A DNA stretch of 64,000 nt from Podarcis pityusensis (Eukaryota): assembly GCA_964106645.2 (NCBI GenBank), contig OZ067050.1. One strand, written 5' to 3'. This document shows, one piece after another, positions 21,867 through 34,643 of the stretch. The position numbers and the translations under genes were made by a program. Below the pieces are notes generated by a model. That model had not been told where the DNA came from, did no database searches, and was given only the letters and a program-made list of their open reading frames with translations. How positions within the stretch are numbered: position 1 is the stretch's first letter; each line of letters starts with the position of its first letter.

Positions 21867-24800
21867 GGAGGTATGGCGGTGGGGAGGTATGGCGGTGGGG
21901 GCAGATGTCATAGGCGAAGGGGATCGAGATACGGATATGCTCGTACCCCTTCCAATCTGCGCCCCATCCCGAGAGACGAGGGTAGGGTGAGCAAGGATTA
22001 CTCACCTCCGTCACTGGTGTTGTGCAATGCCAGGTCTATAGGCAACAAAACCGCCACCCTGCGAGATTTCATCATCTCGCATGGGGTCGACCTGGCTTGT
22101 GTGATGGAGATCTGGGTGCGCGAAGGGGATACTGTTACCTTACGAGAGATGGCGCCCCCGGGTTTTTCCGTCCTCCACCAGTCACGGACTGTGGGCCGGG
22201 GGGGAGGGGTGGCATTATTAATCCGGGAAGATTGTTCTTTCAGGGCTCTACGATCGCCATCGATCCCCGGCATTGAATGTGTTGGCCTAGTGTGGGGCTC
22301 CGAGGTGAGCTTGGCTGTCTGGCTGGTGTACCGGCCACCTAGCGCACCAGCAGCCACCCTGTCAGGCCTGCTGGAGGCGGTGGCCGGCTGGGCCTTGGAG
22401 TTCCCTAACCTATTGGTATTGGGGGACTTCAACATCCATGCCGATGCCACTCCCTCCTCACAGGCTCTGGACCTGGTGTCTTCCATGGCGACACTAGGGC
22501 TCTCCCAGTTTGTTTCGGGCCCCACACATCAAGCAGGCCACACGCTGGATTTGATCTTTGGCATCGGTATAGATGTGATCATGTTTCCTTCGATGAAGGT
22601 GCCATGGTCTGATCACTATGCTCTGAAAGCCAGGATTGACGTTCCACCCCCACCCTGCTTAGGTGGTGAGCCGATTTGGGCTCGCCCGCGGAGGCTGATG
22701 GACCCTGATAGATTCCGTCAAGCCTTGCGGGACCTTTCCCCCCCTGGCGACTCATTGACTGAGCTTGTTGAGGGCTGGAATACCCAGCTCCTGGCAGCCA
22801 TCAATGAGATCGCACCTAAGCGCCCTCTGCGACCCCGCAGAAACCGGGCTCCCTGGTTTACTGAGGAGCTCCGGAAAATGAAGCGGGACCTCAGACGGCT
22901 AGAGCGGGTATGGCGGGGTGCCCGTGACGGAGCCTCAAGAACATCTTATAGGGTTTTTATGAAAACCTACGAGATGGCAGTGAAGGCCGCTAAGAAGTCC
23001 TACTTCTCGGCCTCCATTGCATCCGCTAGCTCTCGCCCGGCACAATTATTTAGTATAATTCGGTCTTTAACGTCCCTCGAAGGACAGCCAAATTTAAATA
23101 ACAATTCGACACACAGCTGTGAGGCATTTGCGAGCTTTTTTGCGGAGAAGGTCCTGTCGCTCCGCCATGACCTCCCTGCCAATTTGGATACAATAAAGGA
23201 ACTGGAGGCCCCTCGACTGTCCTCGGGTCCAGTATTGGACCACTTTGACCGGATATCCCCAGCCGATGTGGACAGACTCCTCCGAGCTGGAAAGCCCACC
23301 ACCTGTCCTCTTGACCCGTGCCCGTCTTGGCTGATTAGAGCGTGTCCAGACGAGGTGCGGGCCCCCCAGGGGGATATCATCAATTTGTCCCTTGGCACCA
23401 GGGCATTCCCAGGGGAACTGAAGGAGGCAGTGGTGCGTCCGCTCTTAAAGAAAACATCATTAGATCCTTTAGATCTATCCAATTACCGCCCAGTTTCGAA
23501 TCTTCCATTCCTGGGTAAGGTGATTGAGAGAGCGGTTGCTGAACAGCTTGGTAGGTTTCTGGATGAAACATCGGCTCTGGATCCATTCCAGTCCAGCTTC
23601 CGCGCTGGTCATGGGACCGAGACGGCTCTGGTCACCCTAACAGATGATCTCCGCAGGCAGCTGGATCGAGGCGGGTCGGGGCTGCTGATTCTTCTAGACC
23701 TGTCAGCAGCCTTCGACATGGTCGATCACAAACTCCTGGACCACCGCCTTGCCGACGTGGGGATCCAGGGCACAGTCCTTCAATGGCTGCGCTCGTTTCT
23801 CTCTGGTCAGGGACAGAGAGTGGCGCTTGGGGGGGAACTGTCATCCCGCCACTCCTTGGTGTGTGGAGTGCCCCAGGGTGCGATACTCTCCCCGATGCTT
23901 TTTAACATCTTTATGCGCCCCCTCGCCCAGCTTGTCCGGAGTTTTGGGCTGGGCTGCCATCAGTATGCTGATGACACCCAACTCTATCTGTTGATGGATG
24001 GCCATCCTGACTCGGCCCCAGACACACTGATCAGATGCTTGGAAGCTGTGGCTGGATGGTTACGTGGGAGCCGGTTGAAGTTAAATCCTTCGAAGACAGA
24101 GGTCCTCTGGCTGGGACGGGACGATATGGGATTGAGGGGGCAACTCCCATCTCTTGTGGGGGTGCAATTAGTGCCAGCACCGTCCGTTAAGAGTTTGGGT
24201 GTAATCTTCGATACCTCCCTCTCCATGGAGGCACAGATTGCAGCTATAACAAAGGCGGCATTTTTTCATCTCCGCCAAGCTAAGCAGTTGGCTCCTTACC
24301 TCTCTCGCCCTGACCTAGCCACTGTGATCCACGCGACGGTCACCTCCAGACTGGATTATTGTAACTCGCTCTACGTGGGGCTGCCCCTGAGACTGACCCA
24401 GAAACTCCAGCGGGTGCAGAATGCCGCAGCGAGACTCCTTACGGGGTCTTCGCTGCGGGATCACATTCATCCGGTGCTATACCAGCTGCACTGGCTCCCG
24501 GTGGAGTACAGGATCAGGTTTAAGGTGCTGGTTTTAACCTTCAAAGCCCTATACGGCCTAGGACCCTCGTATCTACGGGACCGCCTCTCCTGGTATGCCC
24601 CACAGAGGAACTTACGGTCCTCAAATAAAAACATCTTGAAGGTCCCAGGCCACAGAGAGGTTAGGCTGGCCTCAACTAGAGCCAGGGCTTTTTCGGCTGC
24701 GGCTCCAACCTGGTGGAACGCTCTGTCACAAGAGACAAGGGCCCTGCAGGACTTGACATCTTTCCGCAGGGCCTGCAAGACAGAGCTGTTCCACCAGGCC

Positions 24801-24978
24801 TTTGGTCAGGGCGCAGCCTGACTCCCTCCTTTGGCAATCTTTACAATACTTTAGTTTATGGTTGCCATCAATTTTGATTTTAATTAATTCTTATGATGTT
24901 TTTATAATGTTGCACTATTTTAGTGTTGTTAGCCGCCCTGAGCCTGGCTTCGGCTGGGGAGGGCGGGATATAAATAAA

Positions 24979-25025
<47 letters not shown>
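21867..25025 (+). mobile_element. L2-clade LINE, young, 5'-truncated to ORF2, with a (TTA)15 tail
   Basis: GC/CpG-rich block in AT-rich DNA; EN+RT ORF; L2-type C-terminus LHWLPV...RAFS..APTWWNAL; 3' stem-loop region followed by a TTA tail. Confidence 0.93.
21873..24821 (+). CDS. L2 LINE ORF2: APE endonuclease + reverse transcriptase (982 aa, uninterrupted)
   Basis: EN motifs CNARS, VYRPP, GDFN, TLDL, SDH; RT motifs YRPVSNL, LLDLSAAFD, GVPQG, YADD. Confidence 0.92.
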   Translation: MAVGRYGGGGRCHRRRGSRYGYARTPSNLRPIPRDEGRVSKDYSPPSLVLCNARSIGNKTATLRDFIISHGVDLACVMEIWVREGDTVTLREMAPPGFSVLHQSRTVGRGGGVALLIREDCSFRALRSPSIPGIECVGLVWGSEVSLAVWLVYRPPSAPAATLSGLLEAVAGWALEFPNLLVLGDFNIHADATPSSQALDLVSSMATLGLSQFVSGPTHQAGHTLDLIFGIGIDVIMFPSMKVPWSDHYALKARIDVPPPPCLGGEPIWARPRRLMDPDRFRQALRDLSPPGDSLTELVEGWNTQLLAAINEIAPKRPLRPRRNRAPWFTEELRKMKRDLRRLERVWRGARDGASRTSYRVFMKTYEMAVKAAKKSYFSASIASASSRPAQLFSIIRSLTSLEGQPNLNNNSTHSCEAFASFFAEKVLSLRHDLPANLDTIKELEAPRLSSGPVLDHFDRISPADVDRLLRAGKPTTCPLDPCPSWLIRACPDEVRAPQGDIINLSLGTRAFPGELKEAVVRPLLKKTSLDPLDLSNYRPVSNLPFLGKVIERAVAEQLGRFLDETSALDPFQSSFRAGHGTETALVTLTDDLRRQLDRGGSGLLILLDLSAAFDMVDHKLLDHRLADVGIQGTVLQWLRSFLSGQGQRVALGGELSSRHSLVCGVPQGAILSPMLFNIFMRPLAQLVRSFGLGCHQYADDTQLYLLMDGHPDSAPDTLIRCLEAVAGWLRGSRLKLNPSKTEVLWLGRDDMGLRGQLPSLVGVQLVPAPSVKSLGVIFDTSLSMEAQIAAITKAAFFHLRQAKQLAPYLSRPDLATVIHATVTSRLDYCNSLYVGLPLRLTQKLQRVQNAAARLLTGSSLRDHIHPVLYQLHWLPVEYRIRFKVLVLTFKALYGLGPSYLRDRLSWYAPQRNLRSSNKNILKVPGHREVRLASTRARAFSAAAPTWWNALSQETRALQDLTSFRRACKTELFHQAFGQGAA

Positions 25026-25026
<1 letters not shown>

Positions 25027-26208
25027 TTCTTCATTTTAACATCTCCTGAAGTGATCACCTGCAATACATGGTTGACTTCAGGAAGCAAATTAACTCCATT
25101 ATTCTCAAACCCAACTGCTTGCAAAATGTTCATTTCTTTTTAAACAGTCCCATTCCTTCACGACAAGTCAGAGGGTAAAAAGATAGAAATGTTGGGGATG
25201 GGTGGAGCTTACTGCACTTATCTCTCCTTGCTCTGTTTGTTTGCAGGATTTACAGGTGAGTAAAAATAGGACTTATAATATAGTTCCTTATATCTCAATA
25301 AAAAGATGTTAAAATAGAAGGTCAATGGAAGCATGTGATTACAAAGAGCAGTTATTGTGGAACAGTCTTGAGAACAATACACAAGTGAGTACCAGAATTT
25401 GTGGCTGCTATTCAATGAAGAATTAAACATACTTTAAACCATTAATGTTAATTATGAATTTATATATTGTTGTACATTTAATGTATATATTTGTGTTTGC
25501 TACCTTGGTATAATCCCTCACCAAAAGGAGGGGTATAAATCCATTAAATAAATAAACATCCTTATGTACACTAAATATTCAGTTAGATTGTGTTATGTGT
25601 GTTTGCATAAATAATTTATTTATTTCATAAAATTTATACACCACTTGATTGTAAAAATCCTCCAAAAGGTTTGCAAAATGTCAAAGCTGTTTTTCAAAAA
25701 GAAATAGGAAGTACTTGGCAATGCTATTCAGGGCCATATCATCATAGTCAATATAGTAGAACAAGCTGAGGTACACATAGGATACATAGAGCTCCAGATC
25801 GATCTGCCAGTTGACGGTGACTTTGCAGTTGTGGCACACCTGGGAACGATGCAAAGCAATGGCAGAGTAGCTGTGGTGGTGTGGCTGGTCTTTCAACAAA
25901 ATGCTCAAGGAGTCTACCTTGGGGAACAATGTGGTCTATGATGAAGTGAAGGGCGGAGGCATGCATTTTCCCACTCTGGAGACATTGGGGGACCTCCAAG
26001 AACAAATTTAGAAGGGCATAAGCATGCACAGGAAGACAAGAAGTAGTAGAAGTTCCTTTATGTAGACCCTTATGTTAGCAGATCCATATAGTTAGACAAC
26101 AACCAATTGATGGATTCAGATTTAGTTTTATTTGGTCCCATTGAAATCAATGTGAAACATCCATGTGACACTCATATCCATACCTAAAGAAAATGACTAT
26201 ATTAATTT

Positions 26209-27186
26209 CTATATTAGAAAACTAAAAACAAATTTATTTGAAGATGTTTTCAACCTTAACATATTTGACAAAGCAGCCTTGATCTCTTTATTTCTCATGC
26301 TGTAAATCAGTGGGTTCAGCAAAGGTGGGACCATAGAATATATCACAGTAAAAAACAAATCTAAATGTGTTGCTGTATTAGTCATGGGACTCAAATAGGA
26401 AAACAAGCATGTGACCATAAATGTGGAGAATACCATGAGATGTGGAAGGCAGGTAGAGAAGGCCTTTTGTCTTCCCTGTGCAGATGGCATCCTTAACACC
26501 GCACTAAAAATCTGTACATATGTCACAAGAACAAATATAAAGCAGCCTAGCCCAACGAGAGCAAACAACAGCACAATTCCAGTTTCAATTTGATTTTTCT
26601 TAGAACAGGAAAGCTTTACTAACTGTGGGATTTCACAGAAAAACTGATTGACAACATTGGAGCAGAAAGGAGTTGCAAAAGTGCTGACAGTGTGCAAACC
26701 TGCATAAAGAAACCCAGTGACGCATGAAGTAAAAATCATTTCAGTGCAGGCTCTCAGGTTCATCACCATCTGATATTGCAGTGGGTTGCAAATAGCAACA
26801 TACCGATCATAGGCCATGACTATGAGGAGGAAAAAATCAGTAGATATGAAGAAGGTGAAGAATAGGACTTGAGCAACGCATCCAGAATAAGAAATGTGCC
26901 TAGAATTCATGAGTGAATTGGCCATGGATTTGGGAATAATGACTGAAACTTGTCCCAGGTCCTGCATGGCTAAGTTCATTAGAAAGAGGTACATGGGGGT
27001 GTGCAGACGATGGTCAAAGGCTACTACAGAGATGATGAGAAGATTCCCTGTTACAATTGCCAAGTACAATACCAGGAATATTACAAAGTGTATTATCTGA
27101 AATTCCCAAACTTTTGAGAATTCCAGGAGTAGAAACTCTGAAACAAAGGATTGGTTAGCTATAGTTTGGTCTTTGCTTTGGTCCAT
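26209..27186 (-). CDS. Olfactory receptor, family 14-like (325 aa), close paralog of the 10761-11750 gene
   Basis: Full set of OR motifs, intact ORF. Confidence 0.93.
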   Translation of the reverse strand: MDQSKDQTIANQSFVSEFLLLEFSKVWEFQIIHFVIFLVLYLAIVTGNLLIISVVAFDHRLHTPMYLFLMNLAMQDLGQVSVIIPKSMANSLMNSRHISYSGCVAQVLFFTFFISTDFFLLIVMAYDRYVAICNPLQYQMVMNLRACTEMIFTSCVTGFLYAGLHTVSTFATPFCSNVVNQFFCEIPQLVKLSCSKKNQIETGIVLLFALVGLGCFIFVLVTYVQIFSAVLRMPSAQGRQKAFSTCLPHLMVFSTFMVTCLFSYLSPMTNTATHLDLFFTVIYSMVPPLLNPLIYSMRNKEIKAALSNMLRLKTSSNKFVFSFLI

Positions 27187-28979
27187 GCTTTCTGCAAAAA
27201 GAAACAGAAATACAAAGTTTTAATGACAGCAGAATATTCTAGTAATATAACACTTCAGCCTGGAGAATTTAACATTTCATACTCCTGGAGGTGCACTCCA
27301 TTGTCTCCAAGACAGATGGATGCCAACCCCCCCCCCCCCCAAAAAAAAATGGTGCATTGGAATCCCCGATCTGGACCTTGTGTATAGTAGAGAAGAATTT
27401 GCTCTCCAACATAAAAATGAGTTTCAAATTTTTACTGGAAACAGTCTTAAAATAGTTGCAAAACAAAAGTTGCAATTACAAAATAACACATTGCTCTTGC
27501 CTGCACCATGAGTTGCGAAGGACATCAGCAGCCTTCAGAGCTCCCATGGATGTAACTTCAGCATTCTGGGTGATGTAAAATAACATCTTAAAAATTTTGA
27601 GGGAGATAAGTAACAAACTCAACTGTAAGACAAGAAACAATGCCTAGGTTGAGTTTCCAAAAAGTTTCCACAAAAGTTATAGTACTGGATAGATATTTTG
27701 GGTGTGGGATTAGAACAGCTAAGGATGTCTACTAAATACCAGCTTGAAATGTAGCTAGGTCACTCTTCACAACTTGGATCAAATGTGGTTTGGGAGGAAA
27801 TGCAGCAGTTCTTAAAAAATGACCAGAGACATGTGGCTTGTGGCTTATGCTGTGTGTATACCACTTCTCAAACCAGTGATAGGAGCACACAGAGAAATGG
27901 GGACTGTGCACACAGCCTAACCCTGCACACCAAAGGATTTTAAGCTTTCTCCTGTTGAATATCAGCACCTACTATCCCCCACAGGATGCCATTTTTGAGG
28001 GGGACAATATCAGAAGGGAACAGAAGTACACTGGGAAAAATACTATATAAATAAGCACTTAAAGAATTGTGAGAGAAAAATTGGAAGAGTGAGGGTAAAA
28101 GACCTAAACACATTGAAAGTGGTTCTTACAACTCACTGACATACAGTCCTGTCCTACTTATGTTCAATTTGGATGTAATTTTCAGTTAAGAGTGCATGGG
28201 GCTGCAGCTGAATAGATCCACAATGTGATAAAATCTGTTACATGAGAACCAGGCACTTTGAAAATAAACAGAAAGTTAATGATTTTTTCAGATGCAGCAG
28301 GTAATAAGTATTCTGCCATCAAAGCATCAGAGAAGCCACAGTATATTATGAAAGGAGCACAAACTCTCTTTCTTCCTCTGAAATTTCACTAGCTTAGTTA
28401 AAACCTTTCAATTTCCCAATACATATGGAAACTTTCAAATAAATTTTGGAAGGCTTGCGAAAACTCATTCAATCTTTCCTTAAGTTCCTCTTCCTACTTT
28501 CCTCGGATGTTTTGCCACTGAAGAAACCCCCAAATTCACTTCAGTTTGAAATGTTAAAGGCAGCTCTTGCTTTATTGATTGTGGTTCTGCATTATAGCCA
28601 ACACAACACCCTGTTTTTAAAACTTAAAGAACTCATTTATTTTTTTTGTGTGAAGAATAAAAAAGGATTCCCACGCCCAGGAAAAAATCTCACATTCATC
28701 AAGATTTTCTTATAAACAAACAAACAAACAAACAAACTTCAACATTTTCCAACTCGGGACCTGCTTTTAACCCACACATAAAGTTGAGAAAAATTGATTA
28801 ATCCTGTACTATACATTTGCATGGTGGTGGTGCTCCTGTTGCAGCCTATACTGAATCGGGCCATGACCTATTAGTTGGCAACCAGTGATTTAATGGATAT
28901 ACATGTGAGATCCATTAAGTAACTCATATGGTGTTAGGTAAGGTTTGAACTGTATGAATTAATTTAGTAATATTTTTCT

Positions 28980-29160
28980 CTTACCTTCCGATGTGCTTTC
29001 TCCTCTAAGGACTTCAGCTGTCTGTGCATTTGGATAGTCCTCCATAAAAGCATATGAAACCCAACCAGTCCTTGATGGCCAAAAAGATATATTCAGCAAG
29101 GGGAGGAGGGTACAGTAATATCTGGTTTGTGTTCCTAGAGATTTGCTCTCTTGAGTGTAA
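28980..29160 (-). promoter_or_regulatory. Probable promoter and non-coding first exon of the 27186 OR
   Basis: Paralogous to 14235-14412; GAAG|GTAAGA donor at 28984; CTCAAGAGAG and TCTCTAGGAA O/E-like pair. Confidence 0.5.
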
Positions 29161-29767
29161 TGCATTCTTCATTAAATTGTTTTTCCATTGATATATAATT
29201 TTATGGTATTACTCCAGAATAAAGTGGTGTTATGAGCCATCAAACCTTGGAAATACACTTTTTCCCAAAAGGTTTCCACAATTTTGGCCACTAGTGTAAC
29301 TATAGAGATTGTAGGAATCACTCATTTCACAACCCCCTCCCCTCTACTGGTATGCCTTGGCAAAATGTATATATAAAAATGATGCAAAGCTCACACAGCT
29401 GTAACAGGACAGCACTTAACCCAGTGATCCCTAGGACTCTGTATATCTGCTTCACTTTAAGGACAGGCATACTCCCCCCTTCCTCCCCATTTTTGGTTCT
29501 GTAGGCTTTTAGAATAGTTAGGGGATCTTTTGTTCTTTAATCAAAGTGTGTATGTATTGTAATGTGCTACTTCCTAGATTGTAACTTTGCTATCTGAAGC
29601 AGCATTTTTATATATTCTGTCACTCCTATTTTATATAATAAACCAAGCTTTCTTTGTTTCTTTGTGTGAGAAATTCTTGTGGGCATAAGATTAGGGGTTA
29701 ACAAACATCCATCACAAGAACACGTCATAACTCCAGCAAAAGATCCTAAACTTCTCAGCTGTATGTA

Positions 29768-30017
29768 AATAATAATAATAATAATAATAATAATATTTTT
29801 TATTTATACCCCACCCTCCCTGGCCAGAGCTGGGCTTAGGGCAGCTAACACCAGTAAAATTACAATAAAAACATAATGCAGAAAAATTTAAAATACAGCT
29901 TAATATGCAATTTAAAATGCAGCCTCATTTTAAAAGTAGTCCATAGATCAAAACAGTAAGTGGAGGGAAACGTAAGGGTCAGACTGAGTCCAAACCAAAG
30001 GCCAGGTGGAACAGCTG
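29768..30017 (-). mobile_element. L2 LINE 3' fragment
   Basis: Minus strand has CAGCTGTTCCACCTGGCCTTTGG, like the end of the 24821 ORF, then a similar 3' UTR and a (TTA)n tail. Confidence 0.8.
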
Positions 30018-32508
30018 AACATACATGAATGCTGGCAGTGCAAACAGACACATCATAACACCCACCCACTCACAACAACAATTTGGAACACCCTCAACCC
30101 CCACCATTTCCTGCTGCTTGGCTAATCAGATTTACATCAGCCACATACCAGTCTTTTTTTTTTTTTAATTTGAGAGGAAGAATACGGTACCTAACCATTG
30201 ATGCAACTAGGCTATGATGACAGAGTATGTTTATGTAAGAATGCCAACACCAAGACAGAAGAATCAGTTTCTGACCATTGGTAGAGTATAGCTACTTCCC
30301 ACCAGTGCCAGACTTTGGGATTTAAAATTTCAGTGGCACCATGTGCAATGCCAAAATTCAGCACCCCCAACCTCTCAACTTCTGTTCTTCATCATGGCTG
30401 TGGCGTCTTCTCGGCTTGGCACCCAGTGTGGACGAACCAGTTTCACTCCCCTAATTCCGCCTCTGATCTCACTGCCTTACGGAGTGATGGCTAGGGCTGG
30501 TGTACTGAACACTCCTGATCCATGAAATCAGAGGAATGACTATGCTAGTGTTGCATGCGCTCCAGTCTCTAAGTGGTGAGAGACTCCAGGAGTGCCAAAA
30601 CTTTCCCAGGTTTGGTTTCCTTGGGATGAAGTCACTGGAAATTGTGGTGTTTTCAGGATATATGGTTTTATTTTTATAAATATATACAATCTGAGCATAA
30701 GATGGGAAGAGTCACAGCATTAACACTCTGGCATACTGATATAAAAATTGGAGTTTGGCTTTTGCTCCCCAACTCCCCAAGGGACTCTGAATCCCCTGAG
30801 TCCATGATTGGTCAGAGAAAAAATGGATAGAGGCTAGATCCAGTGGAAAGCAAGGTAGATATTTATTTTTTCTGTTGAAACAGAATTCCCTCCCCTCCCT
30901 GAACAAAAGTGTGCATCCTTTAAAGACTTTTGACATGGCCCAACCCCCTTAGTCCAAAGATCACCCCAATATCATCATATATACATCATAGGAGGTGGTC
31001 TACAGCAGAAATCCTGTCTGCCAGGATATCTGATAATTTGTCGCTGATTGCATTACCTGAGCAGCCTAGCCATTGTGATGGTTTTGTGATGGTTAATATT
31101 TTAGTTCCTGTATCCAGGTCGCAGGCTCACCTTATTCATACACAAATATGCCCTTAAGACAGAATTTGTAAGCAAAAAGACAATGAGAAGGCTTTCCCTT
31201 ACTATAGAGGAATATTTCAGGTCATTGGGAGAGTCAAAATGATTTCAGGATTGCTCTCCTGTACTATGTCAGACACATGGTTTATATATTTAGATATGTA
31301 TGCATTTATGAATATTTATTTTATATTTGAGACCTTAGAATTCTTATAACAATACCTTGCTTCCCCGTTATGTCTCTATGGGTCTGCAAAACCATAGCTT
31401 TGGTTTCAGCACAGTGAGCATTTCCAGTCTCTGTCTTTCTAGTTTTCAGTTCCCTGCCTATTCTCCTTCTTACAAGATGACCTAGTCTCCATTTGGTTGA
31501 GAGGCAAAGACTTGCACCCTACTTCTGGAAGCACCATTAGCTAGTTGTTCCTATGGAAACATGTGCAGCTCTTTAGTCATGCAAATAGGGCGTTTAACAG
31601 TCTTAGCCAGGTCTCTTATCTTAACAAAGAGACTGACGTGATCCCTCTGCTTTATTCCAACATTACATACTGTATATCAAAATTACGGCCTTGTTTTGTT
31701 TGAGAACCACAAGCATCAGCTAAACAAAGCCTCCAATCCTATAGCACAAGATATTACACCTGTATAACATAGAAGAACAGAATTATATCTGTTTGCATTT
31801 TAACAGAAAGAAACCTCACATTATATCAACATCAAGGGAATTAGAAGCGAGGGCGGGGAATGGGGATCTGTGCATATCAGGCCTACATCAAGATGTTAGA
31901 ATGTTCCATTCTTATTCAGATGAATGGTGTATCACACCAATTTTAGGTGAATCGCAACACATGTGTCATTAACTACTCAAACCAGGTTGATGGAATGTAG
32001 AAGGAAATGTTTGAAGCTTATATTTTTATTTGAGCAACGAGTGACTGATTTTTATATTCAGTTGTAAGTTATTTCATATTTCTTTCAATATCTAAGAAAG
32101 AACCGATATTATTGTTTCAGCATGAGATACATATAGGCACACCCATTTATGAAAATGCACTAGATTGCTTAACAAATTTAAAATGGGATGATTGATCGAT
32201 TAAAAATGGCTCTGTTTCTTTAAAACCCTAAGCATACTTAAATTACAATAGGATTAATGCTTTGAAATAGTTCTAAAACTGTTGACATTTTTCTTCTATA
32301 ACAAACAAGAGAAGATATTTAGGACTGCAATGGACAAAGCACACATTGGCCATGCTGGCTGAGACAGATGGGAATTGAATTCCAACAACATGGGAACCAC
32401 ATTAACTTCCCCTACTTTGATTGTGTATCAAAACATTCATACACTTTAACATCATTACATACAAAACCCTGCATAAAGAATAACACCACAAATTGTATCC
32501 TTAGAAAG

Positions 32509-33426
32509 CTATTTCAATCCTAAAATCTTGGACACAGCGACCTTAATCTCCTTATTCCTCATGCTATAGATCACTGGATTCATCATGGGTGGAATCACGG
32601 AATATATGACGGCAAAGACCATATTTGTATGTGAGGAGGCATGCTGTATGGGTCTTAGGTAAACAAGTGCTCCACCAAACAGGAACATGGAGAAAACAAT
32701 GAGGTGGGGAATGCAAGTTGAGAAAGCTTTTTGCCTTCCCTGTGATGAGGGCATTCTCAAAACTGTACTGAAGATCTGGACATAGGTTACAATTATAAAA
32801 ATAAAGCAGCCAAATGCTATAGCCACACTTAAGAAAAGAAGTGCATTTTCAAGTATGTATAACTTTGAGCAGGAGATCTTTACAAGCTGAGGGACCTCAC
32901 AGAAAAACTGATCAACAATATTGGAGCAAAATGTCATGGCAAAAGTGCTGCCAGTGTGCAGCACAGCATAGAGAAGACCACTGAGCCATGCACTGCCCGC
33001 CATCTGAATGCAGGCACCTTGATTCATAATTGTCTCATACCGTAGTGGATTGCAGATGGCGACATACCGATCATGTGCCATGACAGTGAGGAGGGTGTAA
33101 TCTGATGCTGCAAAAAGCAGAAAGAAATAAACCTGAGTGACACATCCAGAATAAGAAATCACCCTAGTATTTGAAAGGGAATTTGACATCGATTTGGGGA
33201 TTGTGACTGAAACTGAGCCAAGATCAGTCACAGCTAAGTTCATCAGGAAGAAATACATAGGAGTGTGAAGGTGATGATCAAGAGCTACTGCAGAAATGAT
33301 GAGAAGATTTCCTGTGACAGTGGCCAAATAAAAAAGCAAGAACACAAAGAATTGTGTTATCTGCAGTTCTCGAACATTAGAAAACTCCAAGAGCAGAAAC
33401 GTGTTCACAGAAGTTTGGTTAGACAT
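32509..33426 (-). CDS. Olfactory receptor, family 14-like (305 aa)
   Basis: Motifs LHTPMYFFL, MAHDRYVAICNPLRY, KAFSTC, PPMMNPVIYSMRN. Confidence 0.93.
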   Translation of the reverse strand: MSNQTSVNTFLLLEFSNVRELQITQFFVFLLFYLATVTGNLLIISAVALDHHLHTPMYFFLMNLAVTDLGSVSVTIPKSMSNSLSNTRVISYSGCVTQVYFFLLFAASDYTLLTVMAHDRYVAICNPLRYETIMNQGACIQMAGSAWLSGLLYAVLHTGSTFAMTFCSNIVDQFFCEVPQLVKISCSKLYILENALLFLSVAIAFGCFIFIIVTYVQIFSTVLRMPSSQGRQKAFSTCIPHLIVFSMFLFGGALVYLRPIQHASSHTNMVFAVIYSVIPPMMNPVIYSMRNKEIKVAVSKILGLK

Positions 33427-34038
33427 CTTTTCATCTCTGATTTAAATTGCAAAATGCTCTATGGAAGGGAAAAAAGGAAGAAAGTTGTTAACATTATTGC
33501 ATTGTCTAAAGAAGAGTTAACCTCAAGTGCTATTAATTCAAATTGAATTTAGTAATGTCCGTCAGGTGAGATTCAAAAAAGCCAGAGAGCAGAATGTGTT
33601 GTAGTAGGTTTCCAATTACTATGAAGTTCTCCTCTCACATAACAATAGCTAAGGAGACCATAAGTTGCTCATGATAACTAGAATGTGTGAGATAAAGAAC
33701 ATACAACTGTGTCTCCTATAGATCCTGGCATACAGTATATTGTACTTTCATTAAGCTTACATTAAATATGAATTACTTGAGAGAAAAAGTCTTCAGAAAG
33801 ATGTAATCATTCTGACATAATACGTAATATTTATATAATAATGATATATATGAGAACACATAACAGAGTAGGAGTGGCTGGTGTAATGGAGCTGTGCCTT
33901 GCTGCCAACTTTTTGACAGTGACATTGTTGCCACTTGCCAGCAAAAAGTGACTCTGCCAGTGAGCCCCCCCCCAAAACGGACTTCCCCACTGTCCTGCCC
34001 ACCTCCCCATTAGCCGAGTAAGCAACAGCTCAATAAAG

Positions 34039-34164
34039 ACATCTGAAGGAAGCCCTGTTTAGGGAAGTTTTTAATGACGAATGTTTTAATGTATTTTAAA
34101 TCTTTTGTTGGAAGCCGCCCAGAGTGTCTGAGGAGAGCCAGCCAGATGGGTGGGGTAGAAATAA

Positions 34165-34209
<45 letters not shown>
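34039..34209 (+). mobile_element. L2-type LINE 3' end with a (TTA)n tail
   Basis: AGCCGCCCAGAG...GGGTGGGGTAGAAATAAA followed by (TTA)n, like 24930-25025. Confidence 0.7.
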
Positions 34210-34302
34210 TGTACCACCTTTCCAAGTTAGTCATTCCTGGAATAGAGACAAAACCCAGAATGGTAGTAGTTGTAATAAGCAAAAAGCTTTCTAACAGTCC
34301 TT

Positions 34303-34643
34303 AAGGTAAAGGGACCCCTGACCATTAGGTCCAGTCGTGACCGACTCTGGGGTTGTGGCACTCATCTCGCTTTATTGGTCGAGGGAGCTGGCGTTTGTCC
34401 GCAGACAGTTCTTCCGGGTCATGTGGCCAGCATGACTAAGCCGCTTCTGGCAAACCAGAGCAGCGCACAGAAACGCCATTTACCTTCCCGCTGGAGCAGT
34501 ACCTATTTATCTACTTGCACTTTGACGTACTTTCGAACAGCTAGGTTGCAGGAGCAGGGACCGAGCAACGGGAGCTCACCCTGTCGCGGAAATTCGAACG
34601 GCCGACCTTCTGATCAGCAAGTCCTAGGCTCTGTGGTTTAACC
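34303..34643 (-). mobile_element. Sauria SINE, nearly full length
   Basis: Colinear with the other copies; shares the GACCATTAGG variant with the 14510 copy. Confidence 0.9.

Noticed and set aside
21998-24778. Several 70-175 aa ORFs overlapping the L2 ORF
   Set aside because: Expected by-products of GC-rich coding sequence; no recognisable motifs
24802-25143. Poly-tyrosine ORFs here and at 34074-34304
   Set aside because: Translations of L2 (TTA)n tails
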